Of a stretch of DNA of 64,000 nucleotides, positions 17,888-27,699 are shown one piece after another. The DNA lies in the IMG/VR virus record IMGVR_UViG_3300025892_002268, positions 32,115 through 96,114 of that record. The stretch is one strand, 5' to 3'. The notes beneath the pieces were generated by a model. That model was not told the DNA's origin, did no database searches, and saw only the letters and a program-made list of their open reading frames with translations. Each line of letters begins with the position of its first letter. The first letter of the stretch is position 1. A program made the position numbers and the translations under genes. Source of the DNA: a virus.

Positions 17888-18258
17888 AAAGAATTCTGGA
17901 AGTTGCTTTCATTATAATTGTGGGTTTAATTTTAATTAATACACAAAATGTTATTAAAGATAGTAACCCTTGGTCAAATGGTTTTGATAATAATTTTAGT
18001 TGTAATACTGATGCTATAACTAAAATGTATGCAGGGTATGTAGAGCAATGGAAAAAAGATATTGCTTATTCATTTGACGAAGCAGAAAAAGAAATATATG
18101 GATCAAAGCCTATTCCTGACATTGTGGGTCCAGACCCCGACCCAAAGAAATGCATATGTAAAGGAAGTGGAGTTATAAAACAAGGAGATGGTCATACAAC
18201 ACCTTGTCCTTATCATGGAAGTAAATATATTAGACCTCTCATCATACTGGAGAATTAA
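17884..18258 (+). CDS. membrane/exported protein with Cys/His zinc-finger-like tail
   Basis: N-terminal hydrophobic helix; PDPDP linker; CICKGSG...PCPYH. Confidence 0.65.
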   Translation: MKRILEVAFIIIVGLILINTQNVIKDSNPWSNGFDNNFSCNTDAITKMYAGYVEQWKKDIAYSFDEAEKEIYGSKPIPDIVGPDPDPKKCICKGSGVIKQGDGHTTPCPYHGSKYIRPLIILEN

Positions 18259-18534
18259 ATGGAAATTGATACAGAAACTTTATTAAGAATTTTTGCAATA
18301 GTTATTGCTGGCTCGTTATTAGTTTCAGGTTTTAACTTATCAAAGCCTTTAGATTATATAAAAAATTTATTTAAGAGAAGAACTCCTGTTACACCAGACT
18401 CAAATAGCGAAGTGTCTTTCTTGCAAATAGTAGATTCTTGGCACACTTTAAGAAGTCAGTGTGAACAATATGGATTAAGAGATGCCGTAGAAAAAATTGA
18501 CGAGGTATTTCCTCTATTAAACACGGAGGACTAA
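18259..18534 (+). CDS. membrane-anchored hypothetical protein
   Basis: N-terminal TM, PVTP linker, helical C-terminus. Confidence 0.65.
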   Translation: MEIDTETLLRIFAIVIAGSLLVSGFNLSKPLDYIKNLFKRRTPVTPDSNSEVSFLQIVDSWHTLRSQCEQYGLRDAVEKIDEVFPLLNTED

Positions 18535-18536
18535 TA

Positions 18537-18998
18537 ATGAAAAAGAACTTTATTGCTATAGTATTGTTGCTATACGCTGTTTTTGGTGGCGGTACGCTTG
18601 ACTTATTAGATAAACCTATCCCAAAACCAGAACCAGAAGCTAAGATATTAAATATAGATAAGCCCAGCGAAGATGTAATAGATAGAGTTAAAATATTCTC
18701 TAGTCTCATTACAGAGCCAAGCGACAGAGCTAAAATTGCTATTTTTAATTATCAGTTTGCAGAAAGAGTATTAGGATATGAAACTACAAATCAACAAGTA
18801 AATGATGTATATTCGTTAGCTGGTAAAACTTTCTTCAAACAAGATCTAGTAAATAAATATGATGGTTTAGCTGAAAAGATTGTAGAACTGTTAGAAGAAA
18901 TTCTATCTGAAGATAATGCAGTAGTTTCTCAAGAGCAAAAACAAAAACTGAATGAATATTTTATGGGTGTGTCTTGGGTTTTAATTCAAAAGGATTAG
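18537..18998 (+). CDS. membrane-anchored/exported hypothetical protein
   Basis: MKKNFIAIVLLLYAVFGGG signal/TM; KPIPKPEP linker; SD GGAGG. Confidence 0.65.
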   Translation: MKKNFIAIVLLLYAVFGGGTLDLLDKPIPKPEPEAKILNIDKPSEDVIDRVKIFSSLITEPSDRAKIAIFNYQFAERVLGYETTNQQVNDVYSLAGKTFFKQDLVNKYDGLAEKIVELLEEILSEDNAVVSQEQKQKLNEYFMGVSWVLIQKD

Positions 18999-19001
18999 AT
19001 T

Positions 19002-19634
19002 ATGTCGCCAAAAGAAATTAGTGAAGTGTTGTTTAAAATTTTTAGTGATGAAGGTTTTGCAGTAAATGGAATCAAAGTTAAATCTGAAAGTCCTTTGACT
19101 GCAAATATCAATAGCGAAAACGGTCGAACCACTATTAGCTTTGGAAATAATTTTCCTAGAGCAGAAATAACTAAGATCATTACTCTCTATGCATATATAG
19201 AAGAATTAATTTTTGAAAAAGAAGGTGGTACTATTAGACTGAGGAACTTTCCAGACATTAGTTTTGGATACGGTAAGTCTTTACTGAGAGAGTTTTTAGA
19301 TCATATAACTTTTGCAGGCCAAAATGATTTTGCTGATTGTATAGAACAAAAATACTCAGACCCAACAAAAAGAAAAATCGCTACAGACTGCTTGCAATAT
19401 GCTAACGAATGGGCTACAATAGTGAGTCAATCTGGAGGGTTTTGTGGAATAAACTCGTCAGATAAAATTGCTCTTAAAAAACAATGCCAAGACTTTGTTG
19501 TAGATAATGTCAGAAGGAACGCAAGAGAGAAAAAATATGGGTCCGTAGTATTGACGTATCTCTTAGTATTTATTATAATTCCAGCAGTTGCCAGATTTAT
19601 TATTGTAAAGTTGCTTGACAAATATTTTGATTAA
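19002..19634 (+). CDS. C-terminally anchored hypothetical protein
   Basis: C-terminal TM VVLTYLLVFIIIPAVARFII. Confidence 0.65.
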   Translation: MSPKEISEVLFKIFSDEGFAVNGIKVKSESPLTANINSENGRTTISFGNNFPRAEITKIITLYAYIEELIFEKEGGTIRLRNFPDISFGYGKSLLREFLDHITFAGQNDFADCIEQKYSDPTKRKIATDCLQYANEWATIVSQSGGFCGINSSDKIALKKQCQDFVVDNVRRNAREKKYGSVVLTYLLVFIIIPAVARFIIVKLLDKYFD

Positions 19635-19682
19635 TTTTTACATACAATTTAATTTTACTTAAACAACATGAGGATATCGTAC

Positions 19683-21899
19683 ATGTCAATTAAATCCTTG
19701 ATGAATTATACATTCGTTTCTAAATACGCAAGGTGGGATGAGAACAAAGAAAGAAGAGAGACATGGGGTGAATCAGTTGATCGAGTAAGACAGATGATGT
19801 TTGATAAGTATGTGGCTGGTAGTATACATCAACAGACGACACCTCCCCCAGTGGCAGAAATTGCAAGGTATATTGATCAAGCATATGGAGACATGAAAAA
19901 GAAAAAGATTCTTGGTTCACAAAGAGCTTTACAATTTGGTGGACCTCCAGTGTTTAAACACAACGCTAGAATATATAACTGTATTGCTTCATATATTGAC
20001 AGAACAAGATTTTTCCAAGAATGTATGTATCTATTATTATGTGGGTGTGGAACTGGCTTTTCTGTACAAAGACATCACATTGCTAAACTACCCAACTTAA
20101 TTAAAGGAAAAAATGGTCAAAAGAAATTTGTGATTAAAGATTCTATTGAGGGGTGGTCAGATGCAGTGGGCGTTCTTGTTTCTAGTTACTTCAAGGGAGA
20201 TAATCTTTTCCCTGAATACAATGGTAAAACAGTTGCTTTCGACTACTCAGAAATACGTCCAGCAGGCTCTCATTTAAAGTCTAGCGGAGGAAAGGCTCCC
20301 GGCCCAGAACCTTTAAAAAAAGCCCTTACAAGCATCAAGAAGACCCTTGATGGAGCTATTAGAAATGGACAGAAGAAACTTAAACCCATTGAAGCATATG
20401 ACATAGTAATGTATGCCGCCGACGCTGTAATTAGTGGCGGTGTTCGTCGTAGTGCTACAATCTGTGTGTTTTCTGCTGACGATGAGGAAATGGCAAAGGC
20501 TAAAACTGGATCGTGGTTTACTGATAACCCACAGCGTGGACGTTCTAATAATTCTGCTTTGCTTTTGCGAAACGAAACGACTAAAGAACAATTTGCTGAA
20601 CTTATGCAATCTGTAAAAGAGTTTGGCGAACCCGGATTTGTGTGGTCTGACTCTACAGAATTGATCGTCAACCCCTGTGTTGAGATTGGCATGTGGCCTG
20701 TAGACGAACAAACAGGAGAAACTGGATGGCAGGCTTGTAATCTATCGACTATTAACTGCTCTAAAGTAACAACCAAAAAAGAATTTTATGAAGCGTGTGC
20801 TTCTGCTGCAATCATTGGAACGCTACAAGCTGGATTTGCTAGCTTCCCGTATCTTGGCGAGGTTTCAGAAAGAATTATAAGCAGAGAGGCTTTATTGGGA
20901 GTGTCAATGACAGGGGTTATGGAACAACATGAAATCTGTCTTGATCCAGAAGTGCAAAAGAAGGGCGCAGAAATAGTTAAAGAAACAAATAAGAAATTAG
21001 CTGCACTGATTGGTGTTAATCAAGCTGCACGTACTACGTGTGTTAAGCCAGAAGGAACATCAAGTTGTATTCTTGGCACATCTTCTGGCATACATCCACA
21101 TCACGCCAAGAGATATATCCGTAGAGTTCAAGCAAATAAAATGGAGCCAATCTATCAACACTTTAGAAGCATCAATCCTAGAGCTTGTGAAGAATCTGTA
21201 TGGTCTAACAATGACTCAGATGATGTTGTGTCGTTTTGCGTAGAAGTTCCAGATGGTGCAAAAATTAAAAATCAAGTTGGCGCTATTGATTTACTTGAAT
21301 ATGTAAAGAGTACACAGCGCAACTGGGTTATCAGTGGTACAAATCCTAAGCAATGCACTCAGCCTTGGTTAACACACAATGTATCTAATACTATCAATGT
21401 TAAACCAGACGAATGGCAAGAAGTTACAAACTTTATTTATAAAAATCGTAAGTATTTCTGTGGTGTTTCTTTATTACCAATCGCTGGAGATAAAGACTAC
21501 GCACAAGCTCCATTTACAACGGTGTATTTACCTAGTGAGCAGATACAACATTACGGAGACGCTGCGATGTTTGTAAGCGGCCTGATTGAAATTGGTTTGT
21601 CTTTATATGAAGATAATCTTTGGTCTGCTTGCGATAGTCTCTTAGGCCTTGGTCAAAAAATTAAAGGCAACGGAAAGAAAGAATATTTAGATAAGTGCCA
21701 AAAATTTGCTGACAGATATATGAACGGAGATCTAAAACAACTTACCTATTGCATGAAAGATGTGTATAACTGGAAAGAATGGCTTGATATTAAACGAGAA
21801 TACAAGGATGTTGATTATACAGTAGTGATAGAAAAAGAAAATAATGTTAATCCAGTTCAAGAGGTAGCTTGCGCTGGCGGGAAGTGTGATATAATTTAG
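19683..21899 (+). CDS. nrdJ: class II (adenosylcobalamin-dependent) ribonucleotide reductase
   Basis: RRETWGESVDRV, YNC, GGVRRSA, GEPG, NPCVEI (thiyl radical Cys), CNL, TTCVKPEGTSS, C-terminal CAGGKC; no beta subunit nearby. Confidence 0.88.
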   Translation: MSIKSLMNYTFVSKYARWDENKERRETWGESVDRVRQMMFDKYVAGSIHQQTTPPPVAEIARYIDQAYGDMKKKKILGSQRALQFGGPPVFKHNARIYNCIASYIDRTRFFQECMYLLLCGCGTGFSVQRHHIAKLPNLIKGKNGQKKFVIKDSIEGWSDAVGVLVSSYFKGDNLFPEYNGKTVAFDYSEIRPAGSHLKSSGGKAPGPEPLKKALTSIKKTLDGAIRNGQKKLKPIEAYDIVMYAADAVISGGVRRSATICVFSADDEEMAKAKTGSWFTDNPQRGRSNNSALLLRNETTKEQFAELMQSVKEFGEPGFVWSDSTELIVNPCVEIGMWPVDEQTGETGWQACNLSTINCSKVTTKKEFYEACASAAIIGTLQAGFASFPYLGEVSERIISREALLGVSMTGVMEQHEICLDPEVQKKGAEIVKETNKKLAALIGVNQAARTTCVKPEGTSSCILGTSSGIHPHHAKRYIRRVQANKMEPIYQHFRSINPRACEESVWSNNDSDDVVSFCVEVPDGAKIKNQVGAIDLLEYVKSTQRNWVISGTNPKQCTQPWLTHNVSNTINVKPDEWQEVTNFIYKNRKYFCGVSLLPIAGDKDYAQAPFTTVYLPSEQIQHYGDAAMFVSGLIEIGLSLYEDNLWSACDSLLGLGQKIKGNGKKEYLDKCQKFADRYMNGDLKQLTYCMKDVYNWKEWLDIKREYKDVDYTVVIEKENNVNPVQEVACAGGKCDII

Positions 21900-21908
21900 G
21901 AGGTTCAC

Positions 21909-22337
21909 ATGATGGGATTTGTAGCTTATAAATTACTGACTGAAACTGCACAGATGCCTTTCAAGTCTCATAGAACAGATGCTGGCTTTGATTTATTTGC
22001 AGACGAAGATGCTTGGATATTTGCAAAAGAACGACAAACAATTAAAACTGGTATCTCGTTTGAGATGCCTCATAATATGGCTGGATTAATTTGGCCCAGA
22101 TCTGGGCTATCAGTTAAGAAGGGCATAGATGTACTAGCTGGAGTCGTAGACTCTGGCTACAGAGGGGAGATCATGGTTTGTTTATACAATACTTCTGACG
22201 AAGATGTAGAAATAAAACATGGGGATAGAATCGCTCAGATTATATTCCAAGAGGTTCCCGTTATCTCTTTACTCTTAAGAGAAGAATTGGAGACCTCACA
22301 ACGAGGGAGTAATGGTTTTGGCAGCACAGGCACATAA
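21909..22337 (+). CDS. dut: trimeric dUTPase
   Basis: DAGFDL, PRSGLS, GVVDSGYRGE, GDRIAQ, RGSNGFGSTG. Confidence 0.95.
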   Translation: MMGFVAYKLLTETAQMPFKSHRTDAGFDLFADEDAWIFAKERQTIKTGISFEMPHNMAGLIWPRSGLSVKKGIDVLAGVVDSGYRGEIMVCLYNTSDEDVEIKHGDRIAQIIFQEVPVISLLLREELETSQRGSNGFGSTGT

Positions 22338-22995
22338 CAACAGAAAAAAGCGTAAAGAACAAAAAGCATGTAAACCAAACGTACTGGAGGCTAAGACTGA
22401 AAACCAAAAAATATATATAAGATCTATTATAGAAAACGATGTTATATTTTGCACAGGTCCATCTGGTAGCGGTAAATCTTTTATACCAGCAGGATTAGCA
22501 GCTCAAAAATTACTTAGAGATGAAATAGATACAGTCATTGTTACTAGACCTCTAATTTGTACTGGTAGAGATCTTGGATCTTTACCGGGAGAGCTAAACG
22601 ATAAAATAAAACCATACCTACAACCTATGGAAGAAAATTTAAAATTCTTTTTAGGCAGAGATAAGTTTGGAATGTATTTTAATCAAAGAAGAATTAAGTT
22701 TGAGCCATTAGAAACCATGAGAGGATCTACTTTTCATGACTCTATGATGATTTTAGACGAAGCTCAAAATTGCAATAGGGAACAAATTAAGATGTTCATT
22801 ACGAGAATGGGAAATCATTCTACAGTTATTATTAATGGTGATAATAAACAGACTGATATATCTAGAGATAGCGGTCTTGATTTCTGCATTGAAAGATTAT
22901 CTAGTGTAGATGGTGTCGGAATTTGCAAATTAGAGTATCATGATATACAGAGGAATGGAATCATTGGCAAGATTTTATACGCACTGGAGAGTTAA
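22312..22995 (+). CDS. phoH: PhoH-family ATPase
   Basis: GPSGSGKS, LGSLPG, MRGSTF, ILDEAQN, TRMG, GDNKQTD. Confidence 0.93.
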   Translation: MVLAAQAHNNRKKRKEQKACKPNVLEAKTENQKIYIRSIIENDVIFCTGPSGSGKSFIPAGLAAQKLLRDEIDTVIVTRPLICTGRDLGSLPGELNDKIKPYLQPMEENLKFFLGRDKFGMYFNQRRIKFEPLETMRGSTFHDSMMILDEAQNCNREQIKMFITRMGNHSTVIINGDNKQTDISRDSGLDFCIERLSSVDGVGICKLEYHDIQRNGIIGKILYALES

Positions 22996-23393
22996 TGCTA
23001 TACGATTATGAATGTGAAGCCTGCGGACATGAGATAAAAGATGTATCTCAATCTATAAAAGATGACGCTTTAACACAATGTCCTGAGTGTAATAAGAATT
23101 CTCTACAAAGAATTATATACGGAGGCATTCACGCAAGCGTTAAGCGTGGTAGTCCTACAACTATTGGACAGCTTGCTGAACAGCGCTATGAAGAAGGTAA
23201 CAATACTCTGCCTGATGGAAGAGTTATTACTAAGGTTGAGTGGAACAAGTCAGACATGAGAGAGCGTCAGGAAAAAAGAGCGCACGACAAGAAAACAAGA
23301 AAACAAGAAGAGGCAGCAAAGAAAAGTAAATTAGATAAGATTAATAAGATGAGTCCAGAACAAAAAAGAAATTATATAAGGAATGGTGAGTAA
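22995..23393 (+). CDS. FmdB-like zinc ribbon protein
   Basis: YDYECEACGH...CPEC...LQRII. Confidence 0.75.
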   Translation: MLYDYECEACGHEIKDVSQSIKDDALTQCPECNKNSLQRIIYGGIHASVKRGSPTTIGQLAEQRYEEGNNTLPDGRVITKVEWNKSDMRERQEKRAHDKKTRKQEEAAKKSKLDKINKMSPEQKRNYIRNGE

Positions 23394-23731
23394 TGAAATA
23401 CATAGATAATGCTGAACAAAGCGTTGAACAAATAAAAAATAAAAGAACTATGTACGACGCAAAAGGTAATGAAACAGATAAGCAACCACTTGCAATTGCG
23501 CATTCTTTGCAACAAAAATTTTCAGATGGTACTGAATCTAGAACATTTTATGTAAGTACGATAAACGGATTGCTTTATGATCCTTTGGGAATGGATAGTA
23601 ATAAAAAAAAGAACATGAATTTTTTATTAAAACCAGTTCATCAGCAAACTTTTGACTATTACATAATGTATCTTCAGAGTAATAATTCATTGTACCTCAC
23701 TCGCGCTCAAAGGAGTTTTATAAATGGCTAA
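23393..23731 (+). CDS. hypothetical protein
   Basis: 112 aa with TAATG coupling. Confidence 0.65.
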   Translation: MKYIDNAEQSVEQIKNKRTMYDAKGNETDKQPLAIAHSLQQKFSDGTESRTFYVSTINGLLYDPLGMDSNKKKNMNFLLKPVHQQTFDYYIMYLQSNNSLYLTRAQRSFING

Positions 23732-24008
23732 AATCAAAAGAGGACCACTTAGTAAAGCGGAAATATATTACATTGAGGGTAATAGAAATGAGCTGACTAT
23801 TGAAGTCATAGCTGAAGACTTGACTAGATCAAAAGTCACTATTGAAAAATACTTAAAAAAGAATCCACCTAAAGGATTAACCGTTGGAGATCAATTCGCT
23901 CGACAATCTGGTGCTACGATTATGACAGAAAATGCGTCCAGCATGGCAGACGCACAAAAGACTAGTTTTGAAAGACCCACTTCTAAGTGTATAACAAATA
24001 TAAAATGA
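23724..24008 (+). CDS. HTH-like DNA-binding protein
   Basis: LTIEVIAEDLTRSKVTIEKYL HTH pattern; SD AAGGAG. Confidence 0.55.
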   Translation: MAKIKRGPLSKAEIYYIEGNRNELTIEVIAEDLTRSKVTIEKYLKKNPPKGLTVGDQFARQSGATIMTENASSMADAQKTSFERPTSKCITNIK

Positions 24009-24439
24009 ATTATCTTTTTGGATTTGAACAATTTAGAGAAGCATACTTGCAACTGTCTGAAGAGGACAGAAGAAAAATTTGGATTTTGATTAAGACTTCT
24101 GACGGTCAAGATATTTATTTATCAGACTACAACCAGTGGTTAACAGTCGGAGATTATTGTAAAAAAATGCAAGTGACTATAGACTCCGTAAGCTTGAAAT
24201 ATAGCAGCAGAGAAGTAACAAAAAACACAATTGATGCTGACGGAGTGTATCTATCAAAGACGGTAAAAGGAAAAATGGGTGGAGAAACACAACATTGCTA
24301 TGGAATAGGGTACGTCAAAGATGGTTTAGTCAGTAGAACTCTTTGGACAACTCCAGAGTTAATAGAAGATATAACATTTGAAGATAAGGTAGAAGATTGC
24401 ATACAAAAAGCTTTGGTTATTTATGAAAAAGAAACCTAA
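24005..24439 (+). CDS. hypothetical protein
   Basis: ORF with ATGA coupling. Confidence 0.6.
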   Translation: MNYLFGFEQFREAYLQLSEEDRRKIWILIKTSDGQDIYLSDYNQWLTVGDYCKKMQVTIDSVSLKYSSREVTKNTIDADGVYLSKTVKGKMGGETQHCYGIGYVKDGLVSRTLWTTPELIEDITFEDKVEDCIQKALVIYEKET

Positions 24440-24947
24440 ACTATTTAATAAAAAGTATCAAAAAGAATGGTCAGAAACTCACAGATATAAACACCAGACA
24501 ACTGGGGAATACTGTACATCTGAAGCTTTTATTGCAGAATATCTAATCCTGAGATGGACAGAAGAATTCAAGATGGAAAAACCATCATACAAGTTCTGGA
24601 CAAAGGGAGATAAATATCATAGACCTTTTATGAAGAATATGAAAGCAACTCAGAGTCTTCTAAAGAAGTATGACCCCGCAACTATTCTCGCAGCAATCAG
24701 GTCTAAGCACTTTGAAAAGATATACCACATCGGACTAAATGCTGGTGGGCCTAGAGGATGGAAATATAATCAGGTTGCAATAGAAGCCATAAAGAGGTAT
24801 CATAAAGAACAGAAAGATTGTTTGAATCTACGCGAAGAGTCTTCCAAGGAAGTAGATATTCCTGAAGTTAAAGAAAAAAAGTTGAAGACGAGGACAAAAC
24901 AATATTCACAGAAGAAAATTTCACTAAACAAGTTGAGGAATAAATGA
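24423..24947 (+). CDS. hypothetical basic protein
   Basis: 174 aa directly upstream of the recA-like gene. Confidence 0.6.
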   Translation: MKKKPKLFNKKYQKEWSETHRYKHQTTGEYCTSEAFIAEYLILRWTEEFKMEKPSYKFWTKGDKYHRPFMKNMKATQSLLKKYDPATILAAIRSKHFEKIYHIGLNAGGPRGWKYNQVAIEAIKRYHKEQKDCLNLREESSKEVDIPEVKEKKLKTRTKQYSQKKISLNKLRNK

Positions 24948-26056
24948 GCAAAGTGAAACGTAAGAAAGTTGCCAATAAATTTGACACTGATGTAGTAAGC
25001 AATTCCGTGGTTAGTAAGTACGGCGATGTTGTTAGCACTGGTACTGAGGTGTTAGAAAATATTAACCAGTTAGAAGTAATTGGTGTATCTCCAGCTTTAG
25101 ACATTGCTCTTGGGGGTGGCTTAAGAGAAGGATCTGTTGTTGTAATGACAGGAGATCCAAAGTCAGGAAAAACAACAACAGCGCTGCACTTTGCAGCAAA
25201 GTGTCAAGCTCAAGGCAAACGTGTTATTTATCTTAATACAGAGGGTAGACTATCAAAACAAAACTTTGATGGCATCAAAGGTCTAGATCCTGAAGGTATT
25301 CTTATCGTACAGTCTACAGATGATAAGATTTTATCAGCAGAAGAGTTTTTAAATATTACAGAATATTATATTAATAACGATCCCGGTTGTTTAATCATTG
25401 CAGATTCATTGTCAAACATGGTTCCATCAGTAGAGCTAGACGGCGAAGTTCGTACAGGTGTACGCAACGCATTGCCTCGATTACTATCTATGTTTTTCAA
25501 GCGTATTAGTGGCTCTCTCATGAAGAACAAAACAATTCTTATTGCTGTAACCCACAACATTGCAAATACTGGTGGATCACCATACGCGCCAGCAAAGATG
25601 GCAGACTGTGGCAACATGCTACAATATCAGGCTGGTACTAATATGGTTATTACCCACCGTGGACGCTGGCAAGTTCCCAAAGATACTGGACCTCATGTTG
25701 GTCAAATTGCCAACTGGAACATTAAAACATCTTGCGCTGGCGGCACTCCCAATAGTACGGCAGAAAGTTGGATTCGATATGGAATTGGTATTGATGAAAC
25801 TCAAGAAGTTGTACAAATTGCATGTGAGTTTAGATTAATTAAAACTGCTGGAGCTTGGTACACAATACAGTGCGCACTTGATAACCTAGAAGATCCAGTA
25901 ATACAAAAACTTTTAAGTGATAATAATATTTCTGACAAAGAAGAAGACATAGAAAGATTTTTTAAGTTTCAAGGTTCTAACAATACTTTAGAGTTTTTAA
26001 ATAATCATCCAGAAATGTCATCTTTTATATATAGTAAAATTAAGGAGTTATTTTAA
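24944..26056 (+). CDS. recA: RecA/UvsX-like recombinase
   Basis: ALDIALGGG, GDPKSGKTT (Walker A), YLNTEGR, IIADSL, GIGID, AGAWY. Confidence 0.9.
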   Translation: MSKVKRKKVANKFDTDVVSNSVVSKYGDVVSTGTEVLENINQLEVIGVSPALDIALGGGLREGSVVVMTGDPKSGKTTTALHFAAKCQAQGKRVIYLNTEGRLSKQNFDGIKGLDPEGILIVQSTDDKILSAEEFLNITEYYINNDPGCLIIADSLSNMVPSVELDGEVRTGVRNALPRLLSMFFKRISGSLMKNKTILIAVTHNIANTGGSPYAPAKMADCGNMLQYQAGTNMVITHRGRWQVPKDTGPHVGQIANWNIKTSCAGGTPNSTAESWIRYGIGIDETQEVVQIACEFRLIKTAGAWYTIQCALDNLEDPVIQKLLSDNNISDKEEDIERFFKFQGSNNTLEFLNNHPEMSSFIYSKIKELF

Positions 26057-26211
26057 TGGAAGTAGATATAACTAAGACAGAAGCTTGGAGAATGCTAGAC
26101 GCACTGCAAGCTTACAAGCAAGATTATGAACTTACTGTAGCCGCATTAAAGACTATAAGAACGTCTGAGAGAAAACTTAAAAAAATAGTTAACAGTACAA
26201 GTAAAAAATAA
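26056..26211 (+). CDS. small hypothetical protein (51 aa, not in ORF track)
   Basis: TAATG coupling with SD AAGGAG; MEVDITKTEAWRMLDALQAYKQDYEL... Confidence 0.55.
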   Translation: MEVDITKTEAWRMLDALQAYKQDYELTVAALKTIRTSERKLKKIVNSTSKK

Positions 26212-26303
26212 AACTAAAGAAAATAGTAAACTCATGAGCATATATAGCATATTAGAAATAGCTTTTGGGGTATTGACCGCAAAGCTAGCAATAGGAGTTA
26301 TCA

Positions 26304-26729
26304 ATGAAGGTTACAGGTTTAAATGGCAGAGAGTACGTATGGAATTTAATAAATTATACCGTAGACGCAAACGACAAAAGGAAAAGATCGAAGTACCATG
26401 TGCGGGCAAGGAAAGTTTTGAAACAAATTTTCCACTCTTACAGAATCTTAGAAGAAGTCAAACTACCGGGAAGTACCCAAAGCCACCGAAAGGGTGTCCT
26501 TTTCCTCGATTTTTTGATCCCCCAAATTAAATTAGCCATAGAAGTTCATGGTCAGCAACACTATGAGTACATACCATTCTTTCACAAAAATAAAGCAGAC
26601 TTTGCTATTGCAAAAGCTAAGGATGAAGATAAAATAGAGTGGTGTGAGTTGAATAAAGTTGATATAATAGTATTGAAGTATTCAGATACAGACGAGCAAT
26701 GGAGAGATCAAATTGAAAACAGCGAATGA
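26304..26729 (+). CDS. Vsr/DUF559-like PD-(D/E)XK endonuclease
   Basis: LDFLIPQIKLAIEVHGQQHY...DEDKIEWCELN; SD AGGAG. Confidence 0.8.
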   Translation: MKVTGLNGREYVWNLINYTVDANDKRKRSKYHVRARKVLKQIFHSYRILEEVKLPGSTQSHRKGVLFLDFLIPQIKLAIEVHGQQHYEYIPFFHKNKADFAIAKAKDEDKIEWCELNKVDIIVLKYSDTDEQWRDQIENSE

Positions 26730-27177
26730 GCAGTTGGCTGACTTGAAAGCTATGGTTGATGACTTTCTAAACGCTAGCAATGCTAGGTTCAACAAGAAGT
26801 TTAGGGAGGATTGGCATAGATGTGCTAATGCTGGCAAAGATACTATAGGCACTCTCACTAAAGACGAGCTATTCACTTGGGCTTATGAATTGTACAGTTT
26901 CTCTACGCATCTACAAGATGAATTAAACATGCAGAAGATTGCGCTAAATTGGTGCAATGATAAACTGAATAAAATGGTTGCAAAAAATCACGATCAATTC
27001 AGTAAGTATACTAAATATGAGGAACGCAGGCCACTTATAATTGTAAATGATGAATATGCAGCTACAGTAGACCACTACCGTGAGGTTGCAGAGTCAAGAG
27101 TTCAAGCCCTTGAGGGTAAGATTTATGAACTAAAACGCAAAGGAGATATATTAATGGAAAAAGGAAAAAGAACATGA
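26713..27177 (+). CDS. UvsY-like recombination mediator (tentative)
   Basis: All-helical 154 aa protein near RecA; NDEY...VAESRVQALEGKIYELKRK resembles UvsY. Confidence 0.5.
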   Translation: MKTANEQLADLKAMVDDFLNASNARFNKKFREDWHRCANAGKDTIGTLTKDELFTWAYELYSFSTHLQDELNMQKIALNWCNDKLNKMVAKNHDQFSKYTKYEERRPLIIVNDEYAATVDHYREVAESRVQALEGKIYELKRKGDILMEKGKRT

Positions 27178-27608
27178 ACTTAACAGCGCTAGTTGCTAGC
27201 TTAAGCGACGAAGAGAAACAAGAATTGTTGGAAATTATTTCTTCTACTAATGAAGATGTAATAAAAATTAAGAATGAACCTCTTAATACACATCCTCCTT
27301 TTATAGACGATAGTAGTTTGCAGCATGAAGAGCCTATATCAAAAACTGTTGATGGAGATTTTACTATGAACAAAAATACAAACAGCGAAAAGAAGAGAGC
27401 TAAGGTTCAAGCGAGGGAAAATGAATGGATAGACACGGGGGAAGCTAAAGACGTTGAAACTCCTAAAGTAACAAGGACTCCTCGGAATAGATCAGCACCT
27501 AAGAAAAAAAATGTAAACTGTCACGCTTGTGGAAAAACATTTCAAATTAGTCCGTCACTGATGTTTGGAGAATACTATCGTTGTGATAGGTGTTCAAGTA
27601 AAAGTTAG
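27174..27608 (+). CDS. zinc-finger protein
   Basis: C-terminal CHACG...CDRC. Confidence 0.6.
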   Translation: MNLTALVASLSDEEKQELLEIISSTNEDVIKIKNEPLNTHPPFIDDSSLQHEEPISKTVDGDFTMNKNTNSEKKRAKVQARENEWIDTGEAKDVETPKVTRTPRNRSAPKKKNVNCHACGKTFQISPSLMFGEYYRCDRCSSKS

Positions 27609-27699
27609 TGTAATTAATTATCTTTAATCCCAATGATTGTATACGCTATGATCTTTAGAGGGTATGATTGTTAATGACATTTAAATCAAAGGAATATCT

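Noticed and set aside
26234-26530. 98-aa ORF overlapping the Vsr-like nuclease
   Set aside because: Mostly an out-of-frame overlap with a motif-bearing gene that has its own SD; no recognisable features.
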